A DNA stretch of 64,000 nucleotides. Source: Leucoraja ocellata (lineage: Eukaryota). Made by a program: the position numbers and the translations under genes. The notes beneath the pieces are model-generated. The model ran no database searches. It saw nothing but the letters and a program-made list of their open reading frames with translations, and was not told the DNA's origin. Location: contig JAWMAR010000010.1 in the NCBI GenBank assembly GCA_036785375.1, forward strand, positions 6,510,001 through 6,574,000, in the 5' to 3' direction. Below, piece after piece: positions 25,212-39,630 of the stretch; positions within the stretch are counted from its first letter, which is position 1; each line of letters begins with the position of its first letter.

Positions 25212-25687
25212 CTGAGGGAAGGACAGACACCGGTCAAGAGAAGCAGGACGAGGGAGCTGGAGATACTGTAAACTGGAAATAAGAACTGGATGCTGGGCTC
25301 ATGCTGAATGAGCTTTAGATGGGTCATAAGTTCATAAGTGGTATGAAATAAATGGGCCCATCAAGTCTACCATTCAAACATGGCTGATCTATCTTACCCT
25401 CTCAAACCCATTCTCCTGCCTTCTGCTCGACACCCGTACTAATCAAGAATCTGGCAAATCTCTGCCTCAAAAATATCCATTGACGACCTCCACAGCCTTC
25501 TGTGGCAATGCATTCCACAGATTCCCCACCCTCTGACCTCCTCATCTCCATTCTAAAAGTACATCCTTTTATTCTGAAGCTGTGGCCTCTGGTCCTTGAC
25601 TCTCCCACTAGTGGAAACATCCTCTCCACATCCAGGCCTTTCTCTATACAGTAAGTTTCTATGAAGGCTCCGCTCATCCTTCTATCC

Positions 25688-26366
25688 TAGAGCCCATGGG
25701 AAATCCCGGAGGGGGGGGAGGGTAAGGGTGCACGTCCCCCTCATGCTTTGAGAGGTGGGGGACAATCCCCCCCATGTTTTGTAATCCGGATTTTGAAATT
25801 CAGTAGAAGCAATCTATTAAAAATCTCCGCTTTCGCGAGACACTGAGGGTGGAACTGATGATCGATCAGTCGAGAGAGACGTCGGTCAGCAGGCAGTGGG
25901 GGGGGGGGGGGGGGGGGGGGGGGGGCGAGATGATGATTCAGCGCGATGATTGGAGGAGGGAGGTGTTGGTCAGGTGCAGAAGTATGGGGGTGGGACTGAG
26001 GATAGAGGGCGGTGATTGGAGGAGGGACATGTCCTGGTGGAGCAATGATCATAAGGCGGAGCTTGAATTGGCCCATTTGTGGGGCTTTTCATCGCACCGC
26101 CGGGCGATGGAAGATCCTGCGGCCGGTTTTAAGCTGCGCCGGGCGATGAAAGGCCCTGCAAACGGGTCGATTGAAGCACCACGATACAGGGCGGACGAAG
26201 CTGCTGTTGCTGGAGTTCGGAGTCGGTCACCAACCAGATCAGCCCCCGATGTTATCGTCCACAGGGCCGACGGCCGAAGCCTCGCATGTGCATGTGTGTG
26301 TGCCAGCGGCCACCAATAAATTGAGCCCCCCCCCCCCCCATTTTTTTATAGCGATTTCCGCCCCTG
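25688..26366. mobile_element. GC-rich insertion (probable non-autonomous DNA transposon) inside a CR1 fragment
   Basis: It interrupts CR1 coding sequence that is continuous in the paralogous copy at 39100-39135. It ends in ttccgcccctg and has internal poly-G/poly-C runs. Confidence 0.65.
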
Positions 26367-26439
26367 CTCCAGCCAGTACAGGCCCAGTGCCATCAAACGC
26401 TCATCATATGTTAACCCACTCATTTCTGGGATCATTCTC

Positions 26440-29400
26440 ACAATAGACAAGACAATAGACAATAGGTGCAGGAGTAGGCCATTCGGCTTTTCGGGCCAGC
26501 ACCGCCAATCAATGTGATCACGGCTAATCATCCACAATTAGTACCCCGTTCCTGCCTTTCCCCATATCCCCTGACTCTGCTATCATTAAGAGCCCTATCA
26601 ATCTCTCTCTTGAAAGTATCCAGAGAAACAGCCTCCACCCCCCTTCTGAGGCAGAGAATTCCACAGCCTCACAACTCTCTGTGTGAAAAAGTTCTAAAAT
26701 ATTTACAAAATTCTTAAGGGGTTGGACAGGCTGGATGCAGGAAGATTATTCCCGATGTTGGGGAAGTCCAGAACTAGGATTCACAGTTTAAGGATAAGTG
26801 GGAAGTCTTTTAGGACCGAGATGAGAAAATCATTTTTTACATAGAGAGTGGTGAATCTGTGAAATTCTCTGCAACAGAAGGTAGTTGAGGCCAGTTCATG
26901 GGCTATATTTAAGAGGGAGTTAGATGCGGCCCTTGTGGCTAAAGGAATCATGGGGTATGGAGAGAAGGCAGGGATGGGATACTGAGTTTGATGATCAGTC
27001 ATGATCATATTGAATGGCGGTGCAGGCTCGAAGGGCCGAATGGATACTCCTGCACCTATTTTCTATGTTTCTATGTTACCCCTTAATCTTAAACTGTGAT
27101 CCCTAGAGGCAGGGGACATGTTTTCTGCCTCTAGTGTGTCCAAACCCTTAATAATATCATGTTTCAATAGAATCACCTCTCATCCTTCTAAATTCCAGAG
27201 TGTACAAACCCAGCGACTCCATTTTCTCAGCATATGACAGTCCCGCCATTCCGGGAATTAACCTTGTGAACCTACACTGCACACCCTCAACAGCAAGAAT
27301 GTTCTTCCTCAATTTTGGAGACCAAAACTGCACACAATACTCCAAGTGTGGTCTCACTATGGCCCTGTACAACTGCAGAAGGACCTCTTTGCTCCTATAC
27401 TCAACTCCTCGTCTTATGAAGGCCAACATGTCATTAGCTTTCTTCACTGCCTGCTGTACCTGCATGCTTACTTTTATTGACTAATGAACAAGGACCTCCA
27501 GATCTCATTGTACTTCCCCTTTTCTCAACTTGACACCATTTAGATAATAATCTGCCTTCCTGTTTTTGCTAGCAAAGTGGATAACCTCACATTTATCCAC
27601 ATTAAACTGCATCTGCCATGCATCTGCCCACTCATCCAGCATGTCCAAGTCACCCTGCATTCTCATAGCATCCTCCTCACAGTTCACAATGCCACCCAGC
27701 TTTGTGTCATCTGCAAATTTGTTAGTTACTTTGAATCCCTTCATCCAAATCATTGATGTATATTGTAAATAGCTGCAGTCCCAGCACCGAGCCTTGTGGT
27801 ACACCATTAGTCATTGCCTGCCATTCTGAAAATGACCCGTTAATCCCTACTCTTTGTTTCCTGTCTGCCAACCAATTTTCTATCCATGTCAGCACTCCAC
27901 CCCCAATACCATGTGCCATAATTTTGCCCACTGGTATCCTATGTGGGACCAAATCAAATGCTTTCTGAAAGTCCAGGTACACTACATCCACTGGCTCTCC
28001 CTTGTCCATTTTCCTAGTTACATCCTCAAAAACTTCCAGAAGATTAGTCAAGCATGATCTCCCCTTCGTAAATCCATGCTGACTCAGACCAATCCTGTTA
28101 CTGCTATCCAAATGTGCCACTATTTAATCTTTTATGATTGACTCCAGCATCTTCCCCGCCACCGGTGTCAGGCTAACTGGTCTATAATTCCCTGTTTTCT
28201 CTCTCCCGCCTTTCTTAAAAAGTGGGATAACATTAGCTACCCTCCAATCCACAGGATCCGATCCTGAATCTGTAGAACATTGGAAAATCATCACCAATGC
28301 GTCCACAATGTCTAGAGCCACTTCCTTAAGTACCCTGGGATGCAGACCATCAGGCCCTGGGGATTTATCAGCCTTCAGTCTCATCAGTCTATCCAACACC
28401 ATTTCCTGCCTAATGTAGATTTCCTTCAGTTCCTCAGTCACCCCAGATCCTCTGGCCACTAGTACATCAGGAAGATTGTTTGTGTCCTCCTTAGTGAAGA
28501 TGGATCCAAAGTACCTGTTCAACTCATCTGCCATTTCCTTGTTCCCCATAAGAAATTCACCTTTTTCAGTCTTCAAGGGTCCAACTTTGCTCTTAACTAT
28601 TTTTTTCCTCTTCACATAACAAAAGAAGCTTTTACTATCCTTTATATTCTTGGCTAGCTTACCTTCGCACCTCATGATTTCTCCCCGTATTGCGTTTTTA
28701 TTTATCTTCTGTTGCTCTTTAAACATTACCCAATCCTCTTGCTTCCCGCTCATCTTTGCTATGTTGTACTTCTTTTCTTTAATTTTTAATCTGATCCTGA
28801 CTTCTCTTGTCAGCCATGGTCGTTCCTTACTCCCCTTGGAATATTTCTTCCTCTTTGGAATGAACTGATCCTGCACCTTCTGTATTATTCCCAGATATAC
28901 CTACTATTGTTGTTCCACTGTCATCCCTGCTAGGGTATCTTTCCAATCAACTTTGGCCAGATCCTCCCTCATGGCTCCATTGTGCCCTTTGTTCAGGTGT
29001 AACACGGACACCTCCGATTTACCCTTCTCCCGCTCATATTGTAGATTACAATTTACCATATTATGGTCACTACCTCCTAATGGCTCCTTAATCTCAAGTT
29101 CCCTTATCAAATCCGGTTCATTACATAACACTAAATCCAGAATTGTCTCCTCCCTGGTTGGCTCCAGTACAAGCTGCTCTAAGAATCCATCACAAATTCC
29201 CTTTCTTGGGGTCCAGTACCAACCGGATTTTCCCAGTCTACCTGCTTGTTTAAATCTCCCATAACAACTGTAGCATTACCTTTACGACATGCCAATTTTA
29301 ACTCTTGATTCAACTTGCACCCAATATCCAGGCTACTGTTTGGGGGCCTTTACCCTTACAATTCCTTAGTTCTATCCATACCGACTCCACATCGCCTGTT

Positions 29401-29799
29401 TCAATGATACCCCATGCAAGGGACTGAATTTCATTCCTCACCAACAGAGCTACCCCACCCCCTCTGCCCACCTGTCTGTCTTTTCGACAGGAGGTATACA
29501 CTAGAATATTCAGCTCCCAGCCCTGGCCCTCTTGCAGCCATGTCTCTGTAATTCCCACAACATCATACTTGCCAATTTCTAACTGAGCCTCAAGCTCCTC
29601 CACTTTATTTCTTATACTTCGCACATTCATATACAACACTTTGACTTCAGTATTCACCTCCCCTCACACACCGCTCACAATTAGCCCTGATCTTACTCTC
29701 TTATCCCTTCTTAAACTTTCCTTCCCAATAATTCGGGAGTCTTTTGTAATTATTCCTGTACTCGCTTCCCCTTTAACTCCATCCATCTTTATACTCCCA
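26440..29799 (-). mobile_element. CR1 LINE with near-complete but disrupted ORF2 (APE endonuclease + RT)
   Basis: VLYMNVRSIRNK..GITETWL, SDHN, KSPGPDGLHPRVLKE, NYRPVSLT and FADDTK motifs, with a (ctattgt)n tail at 26440-26465. Boundaries are fixed by the empty site at 39044-39060. Confidence 0.95.
26697..27077 (+). mobile_element. CR1 3' fragment nested in opposite orientation
   Basis: KILKGLDRLDAGRLFP... ending in a (tttctatg)n tail. Confidence 0.85.
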
Positions 29800-30029
29800 G
29801 TAAACCTCCACTGGACACCTTAATGGGCAAGGAGGAGAAGAGGCAGCCCTGACGTACAGGGACTGAGAGAACTCCAGGTGTAGTGCTGGGCAGAGGTCTC
29901 CCTTCAGATCAATGCAGGGCACAACACCCAAGGGCATGGTCACAATGAGCTTTGAAGATCTCACACGGGTGGTGAAGGTCAGAGAAGGTCTCATTAATCC
30001 CACCTTTCAGTCATTGGCACCACAGTCTA

Positions 30030-31140
30030 CTCCCCTCCCCTCCCCTCCCCTCCCCTACCCTTCCCTATCCCCTCCCCTCCCCTCCCCTCCCCTACCCTCC
30101 CCTCCCCTCCCCACCCTCCTCACCTCCGTTCAGCGACTTCAGAAGTCACCTCCCAGCAAATCCCCATCACATTTTGTGTCCATCGTTATGATGCATCACC
30201 TACACACACACATATGCACATGCACACAAACACACGCACATAGGCATGAATGCACACATACACACACACACACACACACATAGGCATGAATGCATACACA
30301 CACACACACATAACATGCGCACACACATATACACACAACATGCACACATACTCATGTACACACTCACACACAGATACGTGCCATCACACATGTACAAACA
30401 CATGCACGCACACAGACNNNNNNNNNNNNNNNNNNNNNNNNNNNNNNNNNNNNNNNNNNNNNNNNNNNNNNNNNNNNNNNNNNNNNNNNNNNNNNNNNNN
30501 NNNNNNNNNNNNNNNNNNNNNNNNNNNNNNNNNNNNNNNNNNNNNNNNNNNNNNNNNNNNNNNNNNNNNNNNNNNNNNNNNNNNNNNNNNNNNNNNNNNN
30601 NNNNNNNNNNNNNNNNNNNNATGCACACGTACATTCACAGATATATGCACACAAAAATGAGACGCATACACACAGTCACTGACATACACACAAACAAGAC
30701 ACGTACACAGTGACACGTACACACTGCCGCATATACACACGCACACAAATGAGATGTGCACACATACAGGAATATGGACAGACACACAAATATACACTAG
30801 CAAGTGACACACACACACACATACATGAAGACACTCGCACACACAAGACATACAAATGGACACACATACACGCACTCACACATTCATACAAAAAACATAC
30901 ACATTGACCCAATAACACATACAAACCAAGAGACATTGACACATACGTGCATAAACGCACCCTACAGAATCGCACACACATAGATGTACAACCCACATGT
31001 ATACACCCATACACAAACAGACACACACGCATAGAGATAGACACACATGTACTCACACACATGCACTCGCACAGACACACATGCAGCCGCAAATGCAGCA
31101 CCAACACACACATTTTCCACATTTACACACACACAAATAC
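30030..31140. repeat. (TCCCC)n plus degenerate CA-rich satellite with assembly gap 30418-30620
   Basis: Direct observation. Confidence 0.95.
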
Positions 31141-32322
31141 ACATTTTCTTATCTGCACTTTCTCTGTAGGTGTGGTGCCACATTCTGCACTGTGATAATT
31201 TTCTCTTCTGCACTACCAGATATACTCAACTTATCAGCATTTCAACATAAGGCCGGCACAGTGGCAGCAGTAACAGTGCCAGAGACCCGGGTCCATCCCG
31301 GTTTTCCTTGTGTGCTCCAGTTTCCCCCCACGTTCCAAGGACGTGCAAGTTTGTGGGTTAATTGCCTTCTGTAAATTCCCCCTAATGCGTAGGATGCAAA
31401 TTTGGGATCGCATAGAACTAGCGATCGCTGGTTGGCGGGGACTCGGTGGGACAAAGGGCCTGTTTCAAATGCTGTATCTCTAAACTAAACTGAATCTAGA
31501 AGACATTTGGACTGGTACATGGATACGAAAGCTTTAGAGGAATACGGGCCAAAGACGGGCAGGTAGCACAGGTGTAGAGGTGGCATCTAGATCATCATGG
31601 GAAAGTGTCTGTTTACACCCTGTATGTCTATGATATGATTCCAACATAACGGGTGCCAGAGGTTACAGGGAGAAGGCAGGAGAATGGGGTTAAAAGGGAG
31701 AGATAGATCAGCCATGATTGAATGGCGGAGCAGACTTGATGGACCGAATGGCCTAATTCTACTATTCCTTACGACCTTCTGACCTTAGCATGCAAAACAA
31801 AGATTTTCACTCCATCTCGGTAAACTTAATAATAATGCACTAATCAACCAAATAATGCCCAATTAAATCAAAGTGAGGGAGAAACTCAGTGGGTCAGGCG
31901 GCATCTGTGAAGGGAATGGACAGTCTGTCTAATCCCTCCACCGATGCTGCCTGAATTGCTGGGTTTCTCCAGTACCTTGTTTTGCTTGGGATTGAAGCAT
32001 CAAGAGTATTTTGTGTTTCCAACCAATTGCCTTGGTTGGGATGTATTGGTTACTAGAAGGGCCAGTTACTAGTTTAGTTTACTGTCAGGTGTATTGGGAT
32101 TCATCACAGCATGGTTTGGGAAAAGCTCCATCCAAGACCGCAAGAAATAGCAGAGAGTTGTGGACATAACCCAGCCCATCGCACAAAACAACCTCCCTTC
32201 CATTGATCCCGTGTACACTTTATGCAAGGCCAGCAGCATAATCAAGGACGACTCTCATCCCAATCACCGCCTCATCTCCCCTCTCCCACCAGGCAAGAAA
32301 TGCAGAAGTGAGAAAATGCACA

Positions 32323-33405
32323 CATAGAAACATATAAAATAGGTGCAGGAGTAGGCCATTCGGCCCTTCGAGTCCTAAAAGATTTCCCCCTTATCCTTAA
32401 GCTGTGACCCCTTGTTCTGGACTTTCCCCAACATCGAGAACAATGTTCCTGCATCTACCCTGTCCAACCCCTTAAGAATTGTGTAAGTTTCTATAAGATC
32501 CCCCCTCAATCTTCTAAATTCTAGCGTGTACAAGCCGAGTCTATCCAGTCTTTCTTCATATGAAAGTCCTGACATCCCAGGAATCAGTCTGGTGAACCTT
32601 CTCTGTACTCCCTCCATGGCATGAAATGTCTTTCCTCAGATTAGGAGACCAAAACTGTACGCAATACTCCAGGTGTGGTCTCACCAAGACCCTGTACAAC
32701 TGCAGTAGAACCTCCCTGCTCCTATACTCAAATCCTTTTACTATGAATGCTAACATACCATTCGCTTTCTTCACTGCCTGCTGCAGCTGAATGCCTACTT
32801 TTAATGACTGGTGTACCATGACACCCAGGTCTCGTTGCATCTCCCCTTTTCCTAAACAGCCACCATTCAGATAATAGTCTACTTTCCTGTTTTTGCCACC
32901 AAAGTGGATAACCTGACATTTATCCACATTATACTGCCATATATTTAGTTTTGGTCTCCACATTATATCTGCCATGCATTTGCCCACTCGCCCAGCCTAT
33001 CCAAGTCACCTTGCAGCCTCCTAGCATCCTCCTCACAGCTAACACTGCTCCCCAGCTTTGTGTCATCTGCAAACTTGGAGATGTTGCATTTAATTCCCTC
33101 GTCCAAATCATGAATATACATTGTAAATAGCTGGGGTCCCAGCACTGAGCCTTGCGGTACCCCACTAGTCACTGCCTGCCATTGTGAAAAGGACCCGTTT
33201 ACTCCTACTCTTTGCTTCCTGTCTGCCAGCCAGTTCTCTATCCACATCAATACTGAACCCCCAATGCCGTGTGCTTTAAGTTTGTATACTAATCTCTTAT
33301 GTGGGACCTTGTCGAAAGCCTTCTGAAAGTCCAGATATAACACATCCACTGGTTCTCCCTTATCCACTCTACTAGTTACATCCTCGAAAAATTCTATAAG
33401 ATTCT
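32323..33405 (-). mobile_element. CR1 LINE, 5'-truncated, with a 3' internal deletion
   Basis: RT motifs near-identical to the 20850-22183 element. Confidence 0.92.
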
Positions 33406-34109
33406 ATAAGATAACACCTTCAGATTCAGGGACAGTTTCTACCCAGCTGTTATCAGGCAACTGAATGGTCCTCTAACAAGCTGGAGTGCGGTTCTGGCCT
33501 TCCATCCATCCCATTGGAGACCCTTTGAACTATCTTGAATGGGACTTTATCAGACTTCAATGTTATATGTTTGCACTAAGAGAGCATCTTTGCATCCTTT
33601 ATTCCTTATCTGTGTACTGTGGACAGCTTGATTGTATTCATGTATAGCATTTTCTTTGACTGGACAGCATGCAAACAAAAGCTTTTCACTGTACCTCGGT
33701 GAATTTAGGGCAAATTACAGTATCCAATTAACCGACTAACATGTGTCTTTCAAATGTGAGAGGTAACTGGAGCACCTGGAGAAAACCCACAAGGTCACAG
33801 GAATAACGTGCAAACTCTGTACAGACAGCATCCGTAGTCAGGATCGAACCCGGCTCACTGGCGCTGTGCAGCAGTAACTCTACCGCTATTATGTTGAAAT
33901 GTTGAGAGGTTGAGTATATGAGCTGGCGCAAAAAAGAAAAGTATCAGAGCGCAGTAGAATATGCTGCAGCGACAGAGAAAGTGCAGGTAAAAACAATTGC
34001 AAAGGCTGCAACAAGGTGGATTGGGAGATTGATCCCGGGTCTCTGCCACTGAGAGGCAGTGGCTCTACTACTGCTCCACTGTTATTGGTACAATTAGAGC
34101 CTTCCTCAC

Positions 34110-34469
34110 CTCTCACAGTCAGGCGAATGACCTTTTGTAATAGAGGATGTCCATCGATGTTGTTCACATTGCACTGATATAGACCATTATCCTCCTGTCC
34201 CAGTTGCTCCACCATTAGCGAGGCATCCCTCCGGCTGAGATTCCCGATGAACTTAAACCGATCTCTTCTTGCCTCATGCTTCACTTCATCGCACGAGGAG
34301 TGGAAGGGAGCAGTGAACTGACACGTAATAATGGCATCCAAACCCCGCAAGTCACCTTTGAACCAGCGCAGCTCGAGTTTGAGGATGTGATCAGTGGCCG
34401 GGAGGGTGAACGTACATGGCAACACAGCCGAGCCTCCTTCAACGGCAAACACGGCATCGGCAGTGGCTG
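34110..34469 (-). CDS. Siglec-15-like receptor exon 2 (V-set Ig domain 1)
   Basis: Acceptor ctttctattccAG, donor G|gtgagg, 360 nt, phase 1-1. Reads GGSAVLPCTFT..W..ITC..SSC..RFKFIGNLSRRDASLMVEQLGQEDNGLYQC, a four-Cys pattern like the Siglec-15 V-set. Confidence 0.85.
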
Positions 34470-34676
34470 CTGGAATAGAAAGGGTCGATAATCAATATCG
34501 CGTCGGTAATATCGTGAATAATATTTAGTGCAAGATAAAAGTCAAGTAAAGTTTGATCATAGACTATGATCAAACTTTACTCATAGACAGCCCAAAAGTC
34601 TCCAATGAGGTAGATGGTGGTACAGCACTGCTCTCTAATTCTAGTAGGATGGTTCAGTTGCCTGACAAGAGTCGGG

Positions 34677-35152
34677 AAACATAGAAACATAGAAAATAGG
34701 TGCAGGAGTAGGACATTCGGCCCTTCGAGCCTGCAGCGCCATTCAATATGATCATGGCTGATCATCCAACTCAATATCCTGTACCTGCCTTCTCTCCATA
34801 CCCCCTGATCCCCTTAGCCACAAGGGCCACATCTAACTCCCTCTTAAATATAACCAATGAACTGGCCTCAACTACCTTCTGCGGCAGAGAATTCCAGAGA
34901 TTCACCACTCTCTGTGTGAAAAATGTTTTCCTCATCTCGGTCCTAAAAGATTTCCCCCTTATCCTTAAACTGTGACCCCTTGTTCTGGACTTCCCCAACA
35001 TCGGGAACAATCTTCCTGCATCTAGCCTGTCCAACCCCTTAAGAATTTTGTACGTTTCTATAAGATCCCCCCTCAATCTTCTAAATTCTAGCGAGTACAA
35101 ACCGAGTCTATCCAGTCTTTCTTCAGATGAAAGTCCTGACATCCCAGGAATC
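34677..35152 (-). mobile_element. CR1 3' fragment
   Basis: IPGMSGLSSEERLDRLGLYSLEFRR...GTGY* followed by the tail. Confidence 0.92.
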
Positions 35153-36839
35153 CCAGGGAAGAAACTGTCCCTGAACCTGGAGGTGTGCGTTTTCACACTT
35201 TTTACCCTTTTGAGCCCGAGTCTGTGTCATTATGTGTCAGCGACTCTAGCGTCGCGCCACTGTGCCAGCCAAAGGGAAAAATACAGAGGACATTTCAGGT
35301 CAGGCCGTTCTAAATGTTGTCCGTCCTGTTCCTTCTCAGATGCTGCCTGACCCGTTCACTCCCTCCAGCACTTTGTCATATTTCCCCAAAACACAAGAAT
35401 CATTGTGAAGCCACTGTGGTTCAAAAAGGCCATTAGACAAATACATTTTGGAATCAACATTTCAAATTGTGGATTTTCAAGTGGAAAGAAATTGTGTGGG
35501 GGGCGGGAGGTGGGGGGGGGGGGGTGAGTAAAGGCCTGGAAGACATTGATCTGAGATTTGAAATAACCCTTCAGGAAGAAATGAGGAGATTAAAAGGATG
35601 TTCCTTCAGAAAGGAGATGAGGAGGAATTTCTTTAGTCGCAGGGCGGTGAATCTGTGCAAGTTATTGTCACAGATGGCTGTGGAGGCCGTACATTGATAT
35701 TTTTAAGGTGGAGATTGATAGATTCGTGATTCAATAGACAATAGACAATAGGTGCAGTAGTAGGCCTTTCGGCCCTTCGAGCCAGCACCGCCATTCAATG
35801 TGATCATGGCTGATCACCCCCAATCAGTACCCCGTTCCTGCCTTCTTCTCATATCCCCTGACTCCGCTACCTGTAAGAGCCCTATCTAGCTGCCTCCACT
35901 GCCCTCTTAGGCAGAGAATTCCACAGACAGATTCGTAAGGATGTCATGGGTTATGGGGAGAAGGCAGGAGAATGGTGTTGAGAGGGAATGATAGGTCAGC
36001 CATGATTGAATGGTGGAGTAGACTTGACAGGCCAAACAGCCAAACTCTGCTCCAAGAACTTATGAACTCATGAACTTGGGACAGTGAGCATCACATGCGT
36101 CGTTGTCAATGAAACAAGAAATGAGGGTTGGATAGCACATAAACAAAGGTTTTTCACTGTACCTTGGTACCAGGAACGGGGTACTGATTGTGGATGATCA
36201 GCCATGATCATATTGAATGGTGGTGTTGGCTCGAAGGGCCGAGTGGCCCGCCCCTGCACCAATTTTCTATCTTCCTATCTTTCTATACGGCTGGAAGACC
36301 TCAGCAGACCAAGCCGTAACCGTGGAGAGAAAGGAACGACAGGCACAAAATGTTGGAGTAACTCCAGCTTTTTGTGTCTATCTTCATATGTAGCCTCCTG
36401 AAGCCTCTCTAAGATCTCAGTCCATCACTCATTCTTGAGCATGCTACTATCTAAGCTGCCACATGGTGGCGCAAGTGGTACAGTTGCTGCCTCACTGCCT
36501 GGGACCTCGTGTGCAATGACACCGTCATAGAGTTATACAGCGTGGAAACAGGCCCTTCGGCCCAACTCGTCAATGCTGACCTCGCTCGCCCCATTTGCCT
36601 TTGCCTGACCCATATCCCTCTCAACCTTTCCAATCCACGAACCTGTAACAATGTTTTATAAACATTATAATTCTACCACTCCTTCTGAGAGCTGGTTCAA
36701 CACACACATGCCACCCTCTGTGTGAAATACTTGCCCCTCAGCTCCCTTTTACGTGTGCAGTTTTAGTTTGAAGAAACAGCTAGAAAACAGGCCCTTCAGC
36801 CCGCTGAGTCTGTGCCGACCATCCATCACCAATTTAACT

Positions 36840-37340
36840 TTAGGTTAATTTAGATTAGAGATACAGTGTGGAAACAGGTTCTTCTGCCCACCGAGTCCGC
36901 GCCAGCCAGCGATCCCTGTACACTCGCTCTATCCTACGCATCAGGACAATTTACGGAAGCCAAATCATCTACAGACTTGCACGTCTTTGGGATGTGGGAG
37001 GAAACTGGAACACCTGGAGGAAACCCACACGGTCACGGGGAAAACATGCAAACTCCATACAGACAACCGTAGTCGAGATCGAAGCTGGGTCTCTGGTGCT
37101 GTAAGGCAGCAACTATACCACTGCGACACTCTGCCACCCTAGTTCTATGTTATCCCACTTTCTCATCCACTCTTTATACACTAGGGGTAATTTACAGAGA
37201 GCCAATCAACCTGCAAACACATTCATCCTTGGAATGTGGGAGGAAACCAGAGCACCAGGAGAAAACCCACGCGGTCACAGTGTGAATGTGCAAACTCCAC
37301 ACAGACAGCACCCGAGTTCAGGATCCCTGATGCTGTGAGT
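36840..37340 (-). mobile_element. Tandem SINE copies
   Basis: Reverse-complement SINE cores (gaaacccac..gtcac..caaactccatacagaca). Confidence 0.7.
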
Positions 37341-38304
37341 CAGCAGATATTTGTTAAACTTGGCATCACATTCGGCGCAGGCATGGCGGGCTGAAGGACC
37401 AGATCATGTGTTGTACTGTTCTCTGTTCTATTTTTCCAGTACATTAATGACTATATCGGTAGTGCTTCCTGCTTTTGTACTGAAACTTAACGGTTCTTTC
37501 TTGCAGCAAATGTCCACATTGTTTGCATTAGAACAAGAGAAAGAGGAACAGGAGTAAGCTATTTGGCTGCTCGAGGCTTGTCTGCTTACACTGTGGCCGT
37601 GGCTGGTCACACCATCCCCTGCGCTATGACTTCGTCCCCAATATCACTAAATCTATCAGATTTTCTATTTTGAAGTCACAAAGAACATGCTTATCCACAC
37701 CCCTGCTTCCTCACAAGTTTGAGGAGTCTCGACAGGTCGTTGAACACTCCACCCAACGTGTACAGGTTATACGGTGGAGAACATAAAGACGGGTGGTGTC
37801 GCAGCCTGGTTCAATAACTCAAACATACAGTAATGATGGAGGCTGCAAAGAAGATGTGGGGTCTTATCTTCCATGCCCTCAAGGTCGGCTGTGGTAGGCG
37901 CACACAGGGAATGAAGGCCGAAGGTGGCCAGGAGAGGAGAGGGATGACAGTCATTAGGTCACAAGGAATAGGGATGAAATTAGGCCATTCAGCCCATCAG
38001 GTCTGCTCCGCCATTCAATCATGGCTGAGCTATCTCTCCCTTCCTACCCCATTCTCCTGCCTTCTCCCCACAACCTCTGACACCTGTTATGTTGAAGTCA
38101 TATCATAGTCATACAGTGCGGAAACAGGCACTTCGGCCCAACTTTCACATGATGACCTAGATGCCTCCTCTACACTTGTGCTACCTGCCCATCTTTGGCC
38201 CATATTCCTCTGAACCTTTCGTATCCATGTACCTGTCCAAATGTCTTCTAGATACAGACCCTTTGGTCCACCGAATCCCAGCCAACCAGCGATCACCAGT
38301 TCTG

Positions 38305-39035
38305 GGTCTGGGTGTGTGTATGTGGGTTGTATATCTATGTGTGTGTGATTCTGTAGCGTGCGTTCATGCACGTATGAGTCAATGTCTCTTGGTTTGTGTG
38401 TGTGTCATTGGGTCATTGTTTTTATATGAATGTGTGAGTGCGTGTATGTGTGTCCATTTGTGTCTTGTGCGTGCGAGTGACTTTATGTATGTGTGTGTGT
38501 GTGTGTGTTACATTCTGGTGTATGTTTGTGTGTCTGTCTATATTCCTGTATGTGTACGCATCTCATTTGCGTGCGTGTGTATATGTGACAGCGTGTACGT
38601 GACACTGTGTATTGTCTACTTTGTGTGTATGTCAGTGACTGTGTGTGTGTCTCATTTCTGTGTACATATATCTGTGAATGTATGTGTGCATCTGCAACNN
38701 NNNNNNNNNNNNNNNNNNNNNNNNNNNNNNNNNNNNNNNNNNNNNNNNNNNNNNNNNNNNNNNNNNNNNNNNNNNNNNNNNNNNNNNNNNNNNNNNNNNN
38801 NNNNNNNNNNNNNNNNNNNNNNNNNNNNNNNNNNNNNNNNNNNNNNNNNNNNNNNNNNNNNNNNNNNNNNNNNNNNNNNNNNNNNNNNNNNNNNNNNNNN
38901 NNNNNNNNNNNNNNNNNNNNNNNNNNNNNNNNNNNNNNNNNNNNNNNNNNNNTAGCACGTGTGTGTTTGTGCGAGTGTATGTGTGTATATGCATGTATGT
39001 GTGTGTGTCTGTTGTATGTATGTGCGTGTGTGTGT
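38305..39035. repeat. GT-rich satellite (inverted paralog of 30620-31080) with assembly gap 38699-38952
   Basis: Reverse-complement similarity, e.g. tcaatgtctcttggtttg vs caaaccaagagacattga. Confidence 0.9.
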
Positions 39036-39630
39036 CCAGTGGAGGTTTACGAGAATGATCCCAGGGATGAGTGGGTTAACATATGATGAGCATTTGACTG
39101 CACTGGGCCTGTACTGGCTGGAGTGTAGAAGTATGAGAAGGACCTGCACAGAAACTTACTGAATAGTGAAAGGCATGGATAGAGTGCATGTGGAGAGGAT
39201 GTTTCCCCTAGTGGGAGATTCAAGGACAAGAGGCCACAGCATCAGCATAAAAGGATGTACATTTAGAATGGAGATGAGGTGGAATTTATTTAGTCAGAGG
39301 GTGGTGAATCTGTGGAATTCATATCCGTCGAAGGGTGTGGAGGCCAAGTCAATGGATATTTTTGAGACAGAGATTTGCCAGATTCTTGATTAGCACGGGT
39401 GTCAGGGGTTGCGGGGAGAAGGCAGGGGATTTAGGTTGAGAGGGTAAGATAGATCAGCCATGTTTGAATGGTAGACTTAGTGGGCCTAATTCAACTCATA
39501 TCACTTATGAACTTATGACACATCTAAAGCTCATTCAGCACGAGTCCAGCATCCAGTTCTTATTTCCTGCTTACATTAGCTCCAGCTCCCTCGTCCTGCT
39601 TATCTTGACCAGTGTCTGATCTTCCTTCAG

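Noticed and set aside
30186-31374. Cys/Val- or His/Thr-rich ORFs (also 38161-39162, 19636-20154)
   Set aside because: Translations of microsatellites and N gaps.
37400-37700. Alternative leader exon for V1
   Set aside because: The minus-strand ATG before the candidate donor hits an immediate stop and there is no hydrophobic core.
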